A stretch of DNA of 64,000 nucleotides from Alphaproteobacteria bacterium (GTDB taxonomy: Bacteria > Pseudomonadota > Alphaproteobacteria > MPNO01 > UBA830). Position 1 is the stretch's first letter, and each line of letters begins with the position of its first letter. The notes beneath the pieces were generated by a model. That model was not told the DNA's origin. It saw only the letters and a program-made list of their open reading frames with translations, and made no database searches. The DNA lies in assembly GCA_965214975.1 (NCBI GenBank), contig OZ244055.1, forward strand, positions 598,994 to 662,993, given 5' to 3'. A program made the position numbers and the translations under genes. This document shows positions 38,279-47,666 of this stretch, piece by piece.

Positions 38279-39577
38279 TCAGCCCGCCGAGGCGTTCAGC
38301 GCCTGGTCGAGATCCGCGACGATGTCGTCGACGTGCTCGATGCCGATCGACAGGCGGACGTAGCCGGGGGTCACGCCGGTCTGCAGCTGCTCCTCCTCGC
38401 TGAGCTGGGAGTGGGTGGTCGTGGCCGGGTGAATGGCGAGGCTCCGCGCGTCGCCGATGTTGGCGACATGGTAGAGAAGCTTGAGCGAATCGATGAACTT
38501 CCGTCCCGCCTCCCTGCCGCCCCTGAGCTCGCAGCCGACGAGGGCGCCGTAGCCTCCCGACAGGTACCTGTCGGCCCGCTCGCGCATCAGGCCGCTCTGG
38601 AGGCTCGGATGGATCACGCTGTCGACCGCATCGTGGCGGTCGAGGAATTCGGCGACCGCCGCGGCGTTTTCCGCATGGGCGCGCATGCGCAGCGGGAGCG
38701 TCTCGAGGCCCTGCAGGGTCAGGAACGAGTTGAACGGGCTCGGGGCCGAACCGAGGTCGCGTAGCATCGTCACGCGCGCCTTGAGGATGTAGGCGATCGG
38801 GCCGAGCGGCTTCACCGCTTCCGTCCACACCGCGCCGTGATAGTTGGGATCGGGCCGGTTGAGCAGCGGCTGGCGCTCGGCATGGGCCTCCCAGTCGAAA
38901 TTGCCGCCGTCCACGAGTGCGCCGCCGATGCAGGTTCCGTGGCCGCCGATGTACTTGGTGGTCGAGTGGACGACCACCGCCGCGCCGTGGTCGAGCGGAC
39001 GGCACAGGACCGGGGTCGCGGTGTTGTCCACGACCAGCGGAATCCCGAACTCCCTTCCGATGTCCGCGACCTCGCGGATGGGAAAGACGTTGAGCTTGGG
39101 GTTGGGCAGCGTCTCCGCGTAGTAGGCGCGCGTCCGGTCGTCCGTCAGCCTGCGGAACTCCTCGGGGTCTTCGGGGTCGGCGAACCGGACGTCGAGCCCC
39201 TGCTGGCGCAGGGCGTTGTTGAAGAGGTTCCAGGTGCCGCCGTAAAGGTCGGTGGAACTCACCACGTTGTCGCCGGCGACGGCGAGATTCTGCAGCGCGA
39301 ACGCCGACGCGGCCTGCCCCGACGACAGCGCCAGCGCCGCCGCGCCGCCTTCGAGCGCGGCGAGCCGCTTCTCCAGCACGTCCGTCGTCGGGTTCATGAT
39401 CCGCGTGTAGATGTTGCCCAGTTCCTTCAGGGCGAAGAGGTTCTCCGCATGCTGCGTGTTCTCGAACTGGTAGGACGTGGTCTGGTAGATCGGAACCGCC
39501 ACCGAGCCGGTGACCGGATCCGCCCGGTACCCTTCGTGGAGAACGATGGTTTCCGGATGCCGTCGGTTGTCGCTCAT
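38279..39577 (-). CDS. metY: O-acetylhomoserine aminocarboxypropyltransferase (O-acetylhomoserine sulfhydrylase).
   Basis: PIYQTTSYQF...NPTTDVLEKR...HSTTKYIGGHG (PLP-lysine), full length 432 aa. Confidence 0.9.
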   Translation of the reverse strand: MSDNRRHPETIVLHEGYRADPVTGSVAVPIYQTTSYQFENTQHAENLFALKELGNIYTRIMNPTTDVLEKRLAALEGGAAALALSSGQAASAFALQNLAVAGDNVVSSTDLYGGTWNLFNNALRQQGLDVRFADPEDPEEFRRLTDDRTRAYYAETLPNPKLNVFPIREVADIGREFGIPLVVDNTATPVLCRPLDHGAAVVVHSTTKYIGGHGTCIGGALVDGGNFDWEAHAERQPLLNRPDPNYHGAVWTEAVKPLGPIAYILKARVTMLRDLGSAPSPFNSFLTLQGLETLPLRMRAHAENAAAVAEFLDRHDAVDSVIHPSLQSGLMRERADRYLSGGYGALVGCELRGGREAGRKFIDSLKLLYHVANIGDARSLAIHPATTTHSQLSEEEQLQTGVTPGYVRLSIGIEHVDDIVADLDQALNASAG

Positions 39578-39735
39578 GAAACTTCCTTCCGGCCGGAGCC
39601 GCGAGTGGTTGCCGCCCGAGGTTCGAGGGCCGCGCGCCGGGCCGGTGCGCCGGGGCGGTGCCGTCGACGTTCGCGCTTATATGTCACCGCGGCCGCCGCA
39701 AGGCAAGGCCGTTCCTCGCGCGGAACGCGCGGCGA

Positions 39736-42066
39736 TCACCTGCGGAAGACGTAGATGGGGCTGGACCATGCCTGGTGCCCGTCCATCTGCGTGACGCGGA
39801 CGTAGGGCCGGGTGTCGCCCCCGGACCGGATCCCGATCTCGCGGTCGAGCGCGGCGGCGCGGCGGTCCCCCTCGACGGCGCCGATCGAGACCCGCGTGTC
39901 GATCCCCTCGAACGTCGCGACGCGCTCGGCGGTCCCCCTCATGTCGAATCCCGCCTCTCCGTGTTCGGAAACGAAGCGCAGCTTCCCGGCGCCGGCCTCG
40001 GCGCAGGTCAGGTCCAGCCCCTGGAGGTTGCCCGCCGTCAGCCCCTTGAAGGAGACCCGCTCCGGTCCCGACCGCGCCGGCTGGTCGTCGGGGGACCAGA
40101 AATTCACGGCCGTGAAGGTCTCGATGGCGTTGCCCTCGGCCGAGACCTCGCCGGTCCACTGCATGTTGCGGCCCCGGCCGCGGTAGCGGGCGCCCTGCCA
40201 GACCACCCGGAACCGCCGGCCCGCCGCCGACCGGGGCGCGTTCGGGCGGACGGTCTCCAGAAGGTCCGGCCCGTCGAACAGGTCGATCCGCTCGATCGGC
40301 GCGGAGCCGGTCACGTCGACCGACAGGCGGAAGCTCGCGACGGCGTCGCCGACGCCCACGATGTCGCCCATGGTGGCGGTCCGCGCGCCGTCGGAATCCG
40401 CTTCCGGACCGAAGGCGTCGGGGTCGCGCCGGTACACCCGCACGTCTTCGCCGAAATCCGCCCGGACCGAGAGGTAGAGCCGCGCGCCGGTCGTGGCGTA
40501 GTGGTGCCGACGGCGCATCGCCTCGAAAAGCCGGTCGCGGTCGAGTCCGGGCATCTCGAAGCAGGTGAGGCCGCCCATGGAGGCGAAGAAGGAGCCGCCG
40601 GGGTAGCTGGCGCCCGGCCGCCCCTTGTGACCGTCGCTGTTGGCGACGATGCCGACCCGGTAGCCCTGCTCGAACGCGTCGCGGAGGATCCACTCGAAAG
40701 TGCCCCATGCCGAATGGATCTCGACCGCGTTCTCGATCCGGCCGTCATGGGCGAGGACGATGTCGGCGTGACGCCCGCCGCAATGGGCGGCGACCGCCGC
40801 GTCCTCGTTCCCGCGCGCCAGCGCCTCGAACAGCGCCTCGGCGGTGTGGCAGTCGGTGCCGGACGCGGCGTCCGGGACGAGGGCGCGGTGCGCCCGGCGA
40901 ATCGGGCGGTTCTCGCTTCGGAACCACACGTTGCGGTCGCCCCCGACCCGGGTGTTGCCCGACCATTCGTAGCCGGGAACCGCGAGGAAGCGGCCCGGCT
41001 CGTCGAATTCGGCGGTGAGCCTGTTGAGTTCGGCCCAGAACGCGTCGGAGATCTGGAAATCGTTGCCCTGGTGGCCGGACACGTCGAGGAAGGCCTTGTC
41101 GCGGGCGAACTCGAAGTAGCGCCGCGCGCTGTTGGTGCCGATCGTCTCCTCGGTCTGGCCGTGCAGGTCTCCCCAGAAGTGGCGCCGCCCGTCCCCGGCG
41201 GCGACGCGGAGCGGATTGGTCGAGCAGAGGGGCGCCCCCGCGTCGTCGAGGACGTCGACAACGAGCTCGGTCTCCTCGGCGACCGACAGATTCCCGGCGA
41301 CGGCGCTGAAGGCGCCGGGCGCGAGGCGGAGCCGGTCGGGCAGTCCGGTCACCGGAACCCCGGCCCGGAGCCGCAGGGTCCGGTCGGCGCGGTCGCTCGG
41401 GTTGCCCCATCTGTCCTCGCACTTGACGCCGAGCCGGAACGGCTCGCCGGGCGTCCGGAGGGTCGGCAGCACGGCGACCCATCGATGTTCCGGGCCCGGC
41501 CCGATCTCGATCGAGGGCGTTTCCGGAAGCTCGAAGAACTGCTGGGACGAGAACGGGTTGACGAGCGCGCGGAACTTGAAGCTGTCCTGGCAGTGGGTCT
41601 GGAGGCGGAAGCCGGGGCCGCCCCCGCTCCGGTCGCCGAGCGTCACGAGGATCTCGTCGCCCGGGGAGAGGCCGCCCTGCGTCAGATGCGCCTCCAGCGT
41701 GTTGAACCACGGCCGTTCGTGGAGAAACGGGCTCCACGAGACCTCGACCGGCAGCCCGGTCGAGGTTCGCGCGGTGACGTAGCCCGGTTCCCGGGGTTCG
41801 TCCGTCTGCGGCGTCGAATAGTCCTTCGCCCCGTGGAACACGAACCGCACGGAGCCCTTGTCGTCCATGCCGAGCGATCCCACCCTGACGGCGAGAACGA
41901 AGGTCTCGAACGAGGCGACCTCGAAGGAACCGGAGGGCGCCACCGAGAAGGAGCCGAGCTGGTCGTCCGTGAAAGGCGCTTTCACCGCGTTTCCTGCCGT
42001 GCGGGACGGGCGGGGTTTCCCTCCGCCGGGCGGCAGGATACCCGGTCGCCGTCGGCTCGTCACCAT
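39736..42066 (-). CDS. DUF3604 domain protein (PHP-like metal-dependent phosphoesterase fold).
   Basis: HFWGDLHGQTEETIGTNSARRYFEFARDKAFLDVSGHQGNDFQI (the DUF3604 DLH..T motif). The coding sequence is long and non-repetitive. The start is uncertain: ATG 42066 is chosen, ATG 41868 is the alternative, and the first ~147 codons of ORF 39736..42507 are R/P-rich junk. Confidence 0.65.
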   Translation of the reverse strand: MVTSRRRPGILPPGGGKPRPSRTAGNAVKAPFTDDQLGSFSVAPSGSFEVASFETFVLAVRVGSLGMDDKGSVRFVFHGAKDYSTPQTDEPREPGYVTARTSTGLPVEVSWSPFLHERPWFNTLEAHLTQGGLSPGDEILVTLGDRSGGGPGFRLQTHCQDSFKFRALVNPFSSQQFFELPETPSIEIGPGPEHRWVAVLPTLRTPGEPFRLGVKCEDRWGNPSDRADRTLRLRAGVPVTGLPDRLRLAPGAFSAVAGNLSVAEETELVVDVLDDAGAPLCSTNPLRVAAGDGRRHFWGDLHGQTEETIGTNSARRYFEFARDKAFLDVSGHQGNDFQISDAFWAELNRLTAEFDEPGRFLAVPGYEWSGNTRVGGDRNVWFRSENRPIRRAHRALVPDAASGTDCHTAEALFEALARGNEDAAVAAHCGGRHADIVLAHDGRIENAVEIHSAWGTFEWILRDAFEQGYRVGIVANSDGHKGRPGASYPGGSFFASMGGLTCFEMPGLDRDRLFEAMRRRHHYATTGARLYLSVRADFGEDVRVYRRDPDAFGPEADSDGARTATMGDIVGVGDAVASFRLSVDVTGSAPIERIDLFDGPDLLETVRPNAPRSAAGRRFRVVWQGARYRGRGRNMQWTGEVSAEGNAIETFTAVNFWSPDDQPARSGPERVSFKGLTAGNLQGLDLTCAEAGAGKLRFVSEHGEAGFDMRGTAERVATFEGIDTRVSIGAVEGDRRAAALDREIGIRSGGDTRPYVRVTQMDGHQAWSSPIYVFRR

Positions 42067-42559
42067 CCGCGGGGGCCGTTCCCGGGCCTGTCCCGCGCCC
42101 GGTTCCCGGCGAGGCCGGTCGCGCTTCGCTCCGGCCGTTCGCCGCCGATGCGGTCGAGGGCGGCGGCGCGGGCCACCGGGCGGACGAGGGGACGCGGCAG
42201 CGCCGTCCCGGGCCGTTCCCCGCCCTTGCGCAAGCGGTCGCCGAATCCCGCGGCACGCCGGCGACCTCGCCGTCCCGCGCGCCGTCGCGGCCACCGCGCG
42301 AGAGCGGGGCCGGAACGCTGTCGGAACCCCGGTCCGACGCAACCGGCTCCGCGACCGCGCGCCCGGAATCCGCCGTCGCCGGACCGAATCGCCGCAATCC
42401 CCCGCGTCCCGACGCCCGGAGAGACCGGGCCCGGACAGTTGTCCGGAAGCGAGGCCGTCCGGAGACTCCGGGATCCCTTCGAACCGCGAGCCGGCAGCAG
42501 CCGCCACGGGCGCTTCTCCGCCCCGCTCCGCCGCCGCGGCGGCCTCCCGGCACTCCCGC

Positions 42560-43354
42560 TCAAAACCTGCCCGTGGTCACGGCCCAGAGCATCGCCAGCT
42601 GTCTTGCCGTCCGGCTCGGCTCGAGGCCGGGCGCGTCGATCTCTTCGTCCGCCCGTTCGAGACGCCGGAGGTACTGGCGTGCGACAGGCAGGTATCCGAC
42701 GACGGCCCTGCCGGGCCTGTCCAGCCGGCCGAGGCCCGCCCTTCCGGAGACCAGCAGGTCGCGGGCGGACACCGCGACCGCGGCCCGGACCGCCGAATGC
42801 CCGGAACGGCCCGTCAGGCCGTTCGGCACGACGGCCGCCCGCGGATTCCGCGCCCGGAACGACGCCATCCTGAGAAGTCCCGCAAGCCCCCACGCCGTGC
42901 CGGCATCCTCCAGCGCTTCCGGCGGACGGGATCCCCCGAAACAGGCCCGCCAGGCCAGCCCGGCGAGCGTTCCGGCGGTGTTCCGGGCGTAGGCCTCGAG
43001 CGCGGCCGCGCTGCATTCCGCCGCATCGTCGAAATCGCGTGATCGGGCGCCGATCAGCCGTTCCAGCTCGCCTGGGGGGAGGACATGCAGGATCCTCGCC
43101 AGTTCCGCGACCACGGCATGGCGGGGCGTCAGCCCCTCCCGCGCCTCCGCGAGAGCGTCGCGCCACCATTGCAGCCGGATCTCGCCAAGCGGCGCCTCGC
43201 TGACGAGATCGCCGACCGACGCGAGTTCCAGATTGAAGGCGTACAGCGCGATCAGGCCTCTGCACGCGCCGGCGGGGGCCAGCAGGCTCGCGAAGTAGCG
43301 GTCGTAGTCGTGGGTCCGCACCCGCTTCATGCAGTACCGCCGATCAGGCTCCAT
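42560..43354 (-). CDS. Squalene/phytoene synthase family protein (HpnD/CrtB-like, short form).
   Basis: THDYDRYFASLLAP...ALYAFNLELASVGD...LQWWRDAL is the trans-isoprenyl diphosphate synthase head-to-head fold family. Product 264 aa. Confidence 0.65.
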   Translation of the reverse strand: MEPDRRYCMKRVRTHDYDRYFASLLAPAGACRGLIALYAFNLELASVGDLVSEAPLGEIRLQWWRDALAEAREGLTPRHAVVAELARILHVLPPGELERLIGARSRDFDDAAECSAAALEAYARNTAGTLAGLAWRACFGGSRPPEALEDAGTAWGLAGLLRMASFRARNPRAAVVPNGLTGRSGHSAVRAAVAVSARDLLVSGRAGLGRLDRPGRAVVGYLPVARQYLRRLERADEEIDAPGLEPSRTARQLAMLWAVTTGRF

Positions 43355-43464
43355 TTCCGCACCTTCCCCGGCCGGAGGGAATCGCCCCGTGATTGCGCGA
43401 CGGGAGCATAGTCGCTAACGTTCGCGCCACGGATGGACGAGGAGTCAACGAAAGGAGTTCGGCG

Positions 43465-44073
43465 ATGGCCAAGATTCTCTCCGACCTGACCAGCACCGTC
43501 ATTGCGGGCATCGTGCTTGCTGTCGTTCTGGTCGTCGTTATCTCGTGGTGGCACGGTGCGGGGTTGATGCTCGACAACTCGTGGTGGGCGTTTCTCTTCA
43601 GGTGGCTTCACGTCCTGAGCGGCGTGATGTGGATCGGACTCCTGTGGTACTTCAATTTCGTGCAGATCCCGAACATGGGCAAGATACCCGACGAGCAGAA
43701 GCCCGCCGTGACGGGCGTCATCGCCCCCGCCGCCCTGTTCTGGTTCCGCTGGGGCGCGATGGCGACGATCGTCACCGGCCTCATCCTCGCCTGGCTCAAC
43801 GGCTATCTCGGCCAGGCGATCCTCATCGGCCTCACCGAGGACGGCGTCGACAAGCACTCGATGATCGGCATCGGCATGTGGCTCGGAACCATCATGTGGT
43901 TCAACGTCTGGTTCGTGATCTGGCCGAACCAGAAGAAGGCGCTTGGAATCGTCGAGGTCGGCGCCGACGAGAAGGCGAAGGCGGGCCGCACCGCGATGCT
44001 TTTCTCGCGGACCAACACGATGCTCTCGATCCCGATGCTGTACGCGATGGTGTCCGCCCAGAACCTGTTCTGA
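43465..44073 (+). CDS. Hypothetical integral membrane protein (5-6 TM helices, Trp-rich).
   Basis: ATG at 43465 preceded by AAAGGAG. The product reads MAKILSDLTSTVIAGIVLAVVLVVV...WWAFLFRWLHVLSGVMWIGLLWYFNFVQIPN... The family is not recognised with confidence. Confidence 0.55.
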   Translation: MAKILSDLTSTVIAGIVLAVVLVVVISWWHGAGLMLDNSWWAFLFRWLHVLSGVMWIGLLWYFNFVQIPNMGKIPDEQKPAVTGVIAPAALFWFRWGAMATIVTGLILAWLNGYLGQAILIGLTEDGVDKHSMIGIGMWLGTIMWFNVWFVIWPNQKKALGIVEVGADEKAKAGRTAMLFSRTNTMLSIPMLYAMVSAQNLF

Positions 44074-44090
44074 TCGGACCGGCGGAAGTT

Positions 44091-44125
44091 CGCGAAAGGG
44101 GGCCCCTCCGGGGCCCCCTTTTCAC
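44091..44125. terminator. Bidirectional rho-independent terminator.
   Basis: aaagggggcccctccggggccccctttt is a perfect 9-bp GC stem flanked by an A-run and a T-run. It lies between the convergent membrane-protein gene and secF. Confidence 0.7.
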
Positions 44126-44166
44126 GGGGAGGAGGCGCGAGCTTCCGGGGTCGGGCCGCCGTCGCG

Positions 44167-45114
44167 TCAGCCGGACGCGCTCTCGCCGGGAAGATCGCTT
44201 TCCTCGTCCCCCGCGAGCAGCCCGGTCCGGCGCAGATTCATGTAGACCAGCAGCGGAACCGCGACGAAGATCGAGGAGTAGGTTCCCACCAGCACGCCCC
44301 AGATCATCGCGAAGCTGAAGCCCTTGATCACCTCCCCGCCGAGAAGGAACAGGACGCCGAGCGCGATCAGCGTGGTCACGCTGGTCAGAAGCGTGCGGGA
44401 CAGGGTTCCGTTGAGCGACAGGTTGAGCAGCTCGGTCCGCGGCATCTGCTTGTACTTTCGAAGGTTCTCCCGCACCCGGTCGTATATGACCACGGTGTCG
44501 TTTATCGAATAGCCGGCGATCGTCAGGATCGCGGCCACCGTGGACAGGTTGAATTCAAGCCCGATCAGGGAAAACACGCCGACGGTCAGAAGCACGTCGT
44601 GCAGGAGCGCGATGACCGCTCCGATGCCGAACTGCCACTCGAAACGGAACCAGATGTAGACCAGCATGGCCGCGAGCGCGACGAGAACCGCGGTCACGCC
44701 GGCCTCGATGAGTTCGGCGCCGACCTTGGGGCCGACGAACTCGGTCCGGCGGTAGTCGACCCCGTCCCCCAGCGCCTTCTTGGCGGTCTCGACGGCTTCG
44801 AGCTGCGCCTTCTCCCCTCCGGCCTGGCGCTCGATCCGGATCAGGACGTCGGTGTCGCGGCCGAATTCCTGCAGCTGGATCTCCCCCAGCCCGAGGCCGC
44901 CGAGCGTCCGGCGCAGTTCCGAGAGGTTCGCGGGTTGCGGGGTCCGGATCTCGAGCAGGATGCCGCCCCTGAAATCGATCCCGTAGTTCAGCCCCTTGGC
45001 GAAGAACAGGCCGATCGAGACCAGGCACAGCGCGACGGAGAGAACGCCGGCCAGCCGCCGGAGCCGCAGGAAATCGATCCGCGTTCCGACAGGCACGAAT
45101 TGAACCAGGCGCAT
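44167..45114 (-). CDS. secF: Protein translocase subunit SecF.
   Basis: GIDFRGGILLEIRT...INDTVVIYDRVREN, 315 aa. Confidence 0.9.
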   Translation of the reverse strand: MRLVQFVPVGTRIDFLRLRRLAGVLSVALCLVSIGLFFAKGLNYGIDFRGGILLEIRTPQPANLSELRRTLGGLGLGEIQLQEFGRDTDVLIRIERQAGGEKAQLEAVETAKKALGDGVDYRRTEFVGPKVGAELIEAGVTAVLVALAAMLVYIWFRFEWQFGIGAVIALLHDVLLTVGVFSLIGLEFNLSTVAAILTIAGYSINDTVVIYDRVRENLRKYKQMPRTELLNLSLNGTLSRTLLTSVTTLIALGVLFLLGGEVIKGFSFAMIWGVLVGTYSSIFVAVPLLVYMNLRRTGLLAGDEESDLPGESASG

Positions 45115-45127
45115 CGGCTTCTCTCTT

Positions 45128-46708
45128 CTAGATCGGCAGGGCCGACGGGCGCCGCCGGACCAGCCAGGTGACCACCATGAGGCGCGTGACCATGATGGCG
45201 GTGAACATCGAGGTCATCAGCCCGATCGCCAGCGTGACGGCGAACCCCCGGACCGGCCCCGACCCGAACACGTACAGGAGAACCGCCGCGATCAAGGTCG
45301 TGAGGTTGGCGTCGATGATCGTGGTCAGCGCCCGCTGGTAGCCGGCGCTCACCGCCGACATCGGCGTCCGCCCGTTGCGCGTCTCCTCCCGTATTCGCTC
45401 GAAGACGAGGACGTTGGCGTCGACCGCCATGCCGATGGTCAGCACGATGCCCGCGATTCCCGGAAGCGTCAGGGTCGCCTGGAGCATCGACAGCACCGCG
45501 GCCAGCAGGATCATGTTCAGAATCAGCGCGACGTTCGCCATCAGGCCGAACATGCCGTAGGCGACGGCTATGAAGACGATGACAAGCACGACCGCAAGCA
45601 CGCTCGCGATCTTGCCGGCCGCGACCGAGTCGGCCCCGAGTTCCGCGCCGACGGTGCGCTCCTCGAGCACCGTGAGCGGTGCCGGAAGCGCTCCGGCGCG
45701 AAGCAGAAGCGCCAGATCCTGCGCCGACTGGACGGTGAAATTCCCCGATATGACGCCGCTGCCGCCAAGGATGGGCTCGCGGATCACCGGCGCGCTGATG
45801 ACCTTGCGGTCGAGCACGATGGCGAACGGGTGGCCGACGTTCCTGCGGGTCACGTCGCCGAACCGGCGGGCGCCGACCGCGTCGAACCGGAAGGACACGA
45901 CCGGCTGGGCGTCCTGGAAGGTGCCCTGCGCGTCGACCAGGGTGTCGCCGCTCACCATCACCCGGCGCTTCACCAGATACTGTATCGGCGCGCCGTTGAC
46001 GTCGCGGTCGCTGTCCGAGGGAAGGCACATCGTCCCGGCCGGCGGGCGGCGGCCCGGGGCGCAGACGGTCGCCGCGCTGGAACCGCGCTCGAGCAGGTGG
46101 AAGGTCAGTTTCGCGGTCTTGCCGATCAGCCGTTTCACGCGTTCGGGATCCTTGACGCCGGGCAGCTGCACGAGAATCCGCTCGGTGCCCTGGCGCTGTA
46201 TCGTCGGTTCCCGGGTTCCGCTCTCGTCGATCCGCCGCCGCACGATCTCGATCGACTGTCCGACCGCCGAAGCGCGGACCTCGGCCCGTTCGCTGTCCGA
46301 CATGCAGATCCTGAACCGCATGCCTTCGACGGAGACGTTTTCGGACAGATCCTCGATGGCCTCGCGGGCGCGCGCGATGTCGCCCTCGTCCCTCAGGTCG
46401 AACCCGGCGCACCGGTCGTGAACGCCGAGACGGGTGTAGCCGATGCGCGGCGTGGCCCGGCGAAGCGCGGTCCGGACCGCGTCGACCATGCCCTCCTGGC
46501 GCTCGCGGAACACCGACGCGACGTCGACCTCCAGCAGGAGATGCGAGCCGCCCTGGAGGTCGAGGCCGAGATTGATCTTCTGATGGGGGAGCCACGACGG
46601 GACGTCCTGCAGGCTCTCGTCGTCGAGAAGGTTGGGAAACGCGAAGCCGATCCCGAGCGCGCAGACGACGGCGACGAGGATCTTCTTCCAGGCGGCGAAG
46701 TAGATCAT
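45128..46708 (-). CDS. secD: Protein translocase subunit SecD.
   Basis: LGLDLQGGSHLLLEVD...a large periplasmic domain...C-terminal TM bundle, 526 aa. Confidence 0.9.
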   Translation of the reverse strand: MIYFAAWKKILVAVVCALGIGFAFPNLLDDESLQDVPSWLPHQKINLGLDLQGGSHLLLEVDVASVFRERQEGMVDAVRTALRRATPRIGYTRLGVHDRCAGFDLRDEGDIARAREAIEDLSENVSVEGMRFRICMSDSERAEVRASAVGQSIEIVRRRIDESGTREPTIQRQGTERILVQLPGVKDPERVKRLIGKTAKLTFHLLERGSSAATVCAPGRRPPAGTMCLPSDSDRDVNGAPIQYLVKRRVMVSGDTLVDAQGTFQDAQPVVSFRFDAVGARRFGDVTRRNVGHPFAIVLDRKVISAPVIREPILGGSGVISGNFTVQSAQDLALLLRAGALPAPLTVLEERTVGAELGADSVAAGKIASVLAVVLVIVFIAVAYGMFGLMANVALILNMILLAAVLSMLQATLTLPGIAGIVLTIGMAVDANVLVFERIREETRNGRTPMSAVSAGYQRALTTIIDANLTTLIAAVLLYVFGSGPVRGFAVTLAIGLMTSMFTAIMVTRLMVVTWLVRRRPSALPI

Positions 46709-46762
46709 GCGGCGCGGCCCGCGGCCGGCGGCCCCCCGCGAGAGACGCGGGAAACCTCCGGA

Positions 46763-47155
46763 TCACTCGCTCTTGTCGGCAATCTTCTTCTCGTCGCCCT
46801 TGGCGGAATCCCCGTCCGCTTCGCGCTCCCGCCCGTCTCCCGCGGGCTCGTCCCCGGCGAGGGTTTCGGCGATCATGCCCCGCATGACGCGCACCTTGGT
46901 GTTGTCGGCGACCTCGACGATCAGTTCACGCTCGTTGGGAACCCGGCTGATGGTGCCGATGAGCCCGCCATTGGTCACGATCCGGTCCCCGCGGCGCAGG
47001 TTGCCGATCATCTCGCGATGGGCCTTCGCCTTCTTCTGCTGCGGCCGGATCAGCAGGAACCAGAACACCACGAATATCAGAACGAGCGGCAGGAGCTGTT
47101 CCATGCCTCCGAAACCGCCCCCCGAGTCCTGTGCCCAAGCCGGGGAAATCCACAT
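46763..47155 (-). CDS. yajC: Preprotein translocase subunit YajC.
   Basis: MWISPAWAQDSGGG...LLPLVLIFVVFWFLLIRPQQKK...GDRIVTNGGLIGTI. I chose the internal ATG at 47155; the upstream ORF part is junk. Confidence 0.85.
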   Translation of the reverse strand: MWISPAWAQDSGGGFGGMEQLLPLVLIFVVFWFLLIRPQQKKAKAHREMIGNLRRGDRIVTNGGLIGTISRVPNERELIVEVADNTKVRVMRGMIAETLAGDEPAGDGREREADGDSAKGDEKKIADKSE

Positions 47156-47666
47156 GCGACTCTCCGCATCAGCCGTTTGCAGCAGCGCGGAATATAGCGG
47201 CATGGCCGCGACTTGCAACCGTCGGCGGAGCCTTCGCGGGACTGTCCCCGCCACGATCCCGTACCGGGACCGGCGCCCCGGATGACGGGCTCCGGACGGG
47301 ATCCGCCCCGTCGGCGGCGTCCTCGGAGCCCGGAGACCGTCGCGACCGCGCGGACGGGACCGCCCCGACCCGCCCGGAGCGGAGGCCCGGCCGGCGCGGG
47401 ATGGTCCCGGACGCCTCCGAGGCGCGCTTTCCGGGCGGGATCGGTCCGGGAAGCGGACGTTCCGCCGTCGGGTCCGTCGCCCGAGGGTCTCCGGGGGTTC
47501 GGAACAGAAGGGATCCGTGCTACACTCCGTTCGCGTCGGCAGGACGCTCCGGCGGCGACGGCCTTTCGCGGTTCGGGGCGCGGTGCCGGCACCGAAGCCC
47601 CGACGGCCTCCGTGGCGCGGGAGACCCGCGTCCGCCGTTCCCGATCCGCTGCACCGAGTCTTCCTG

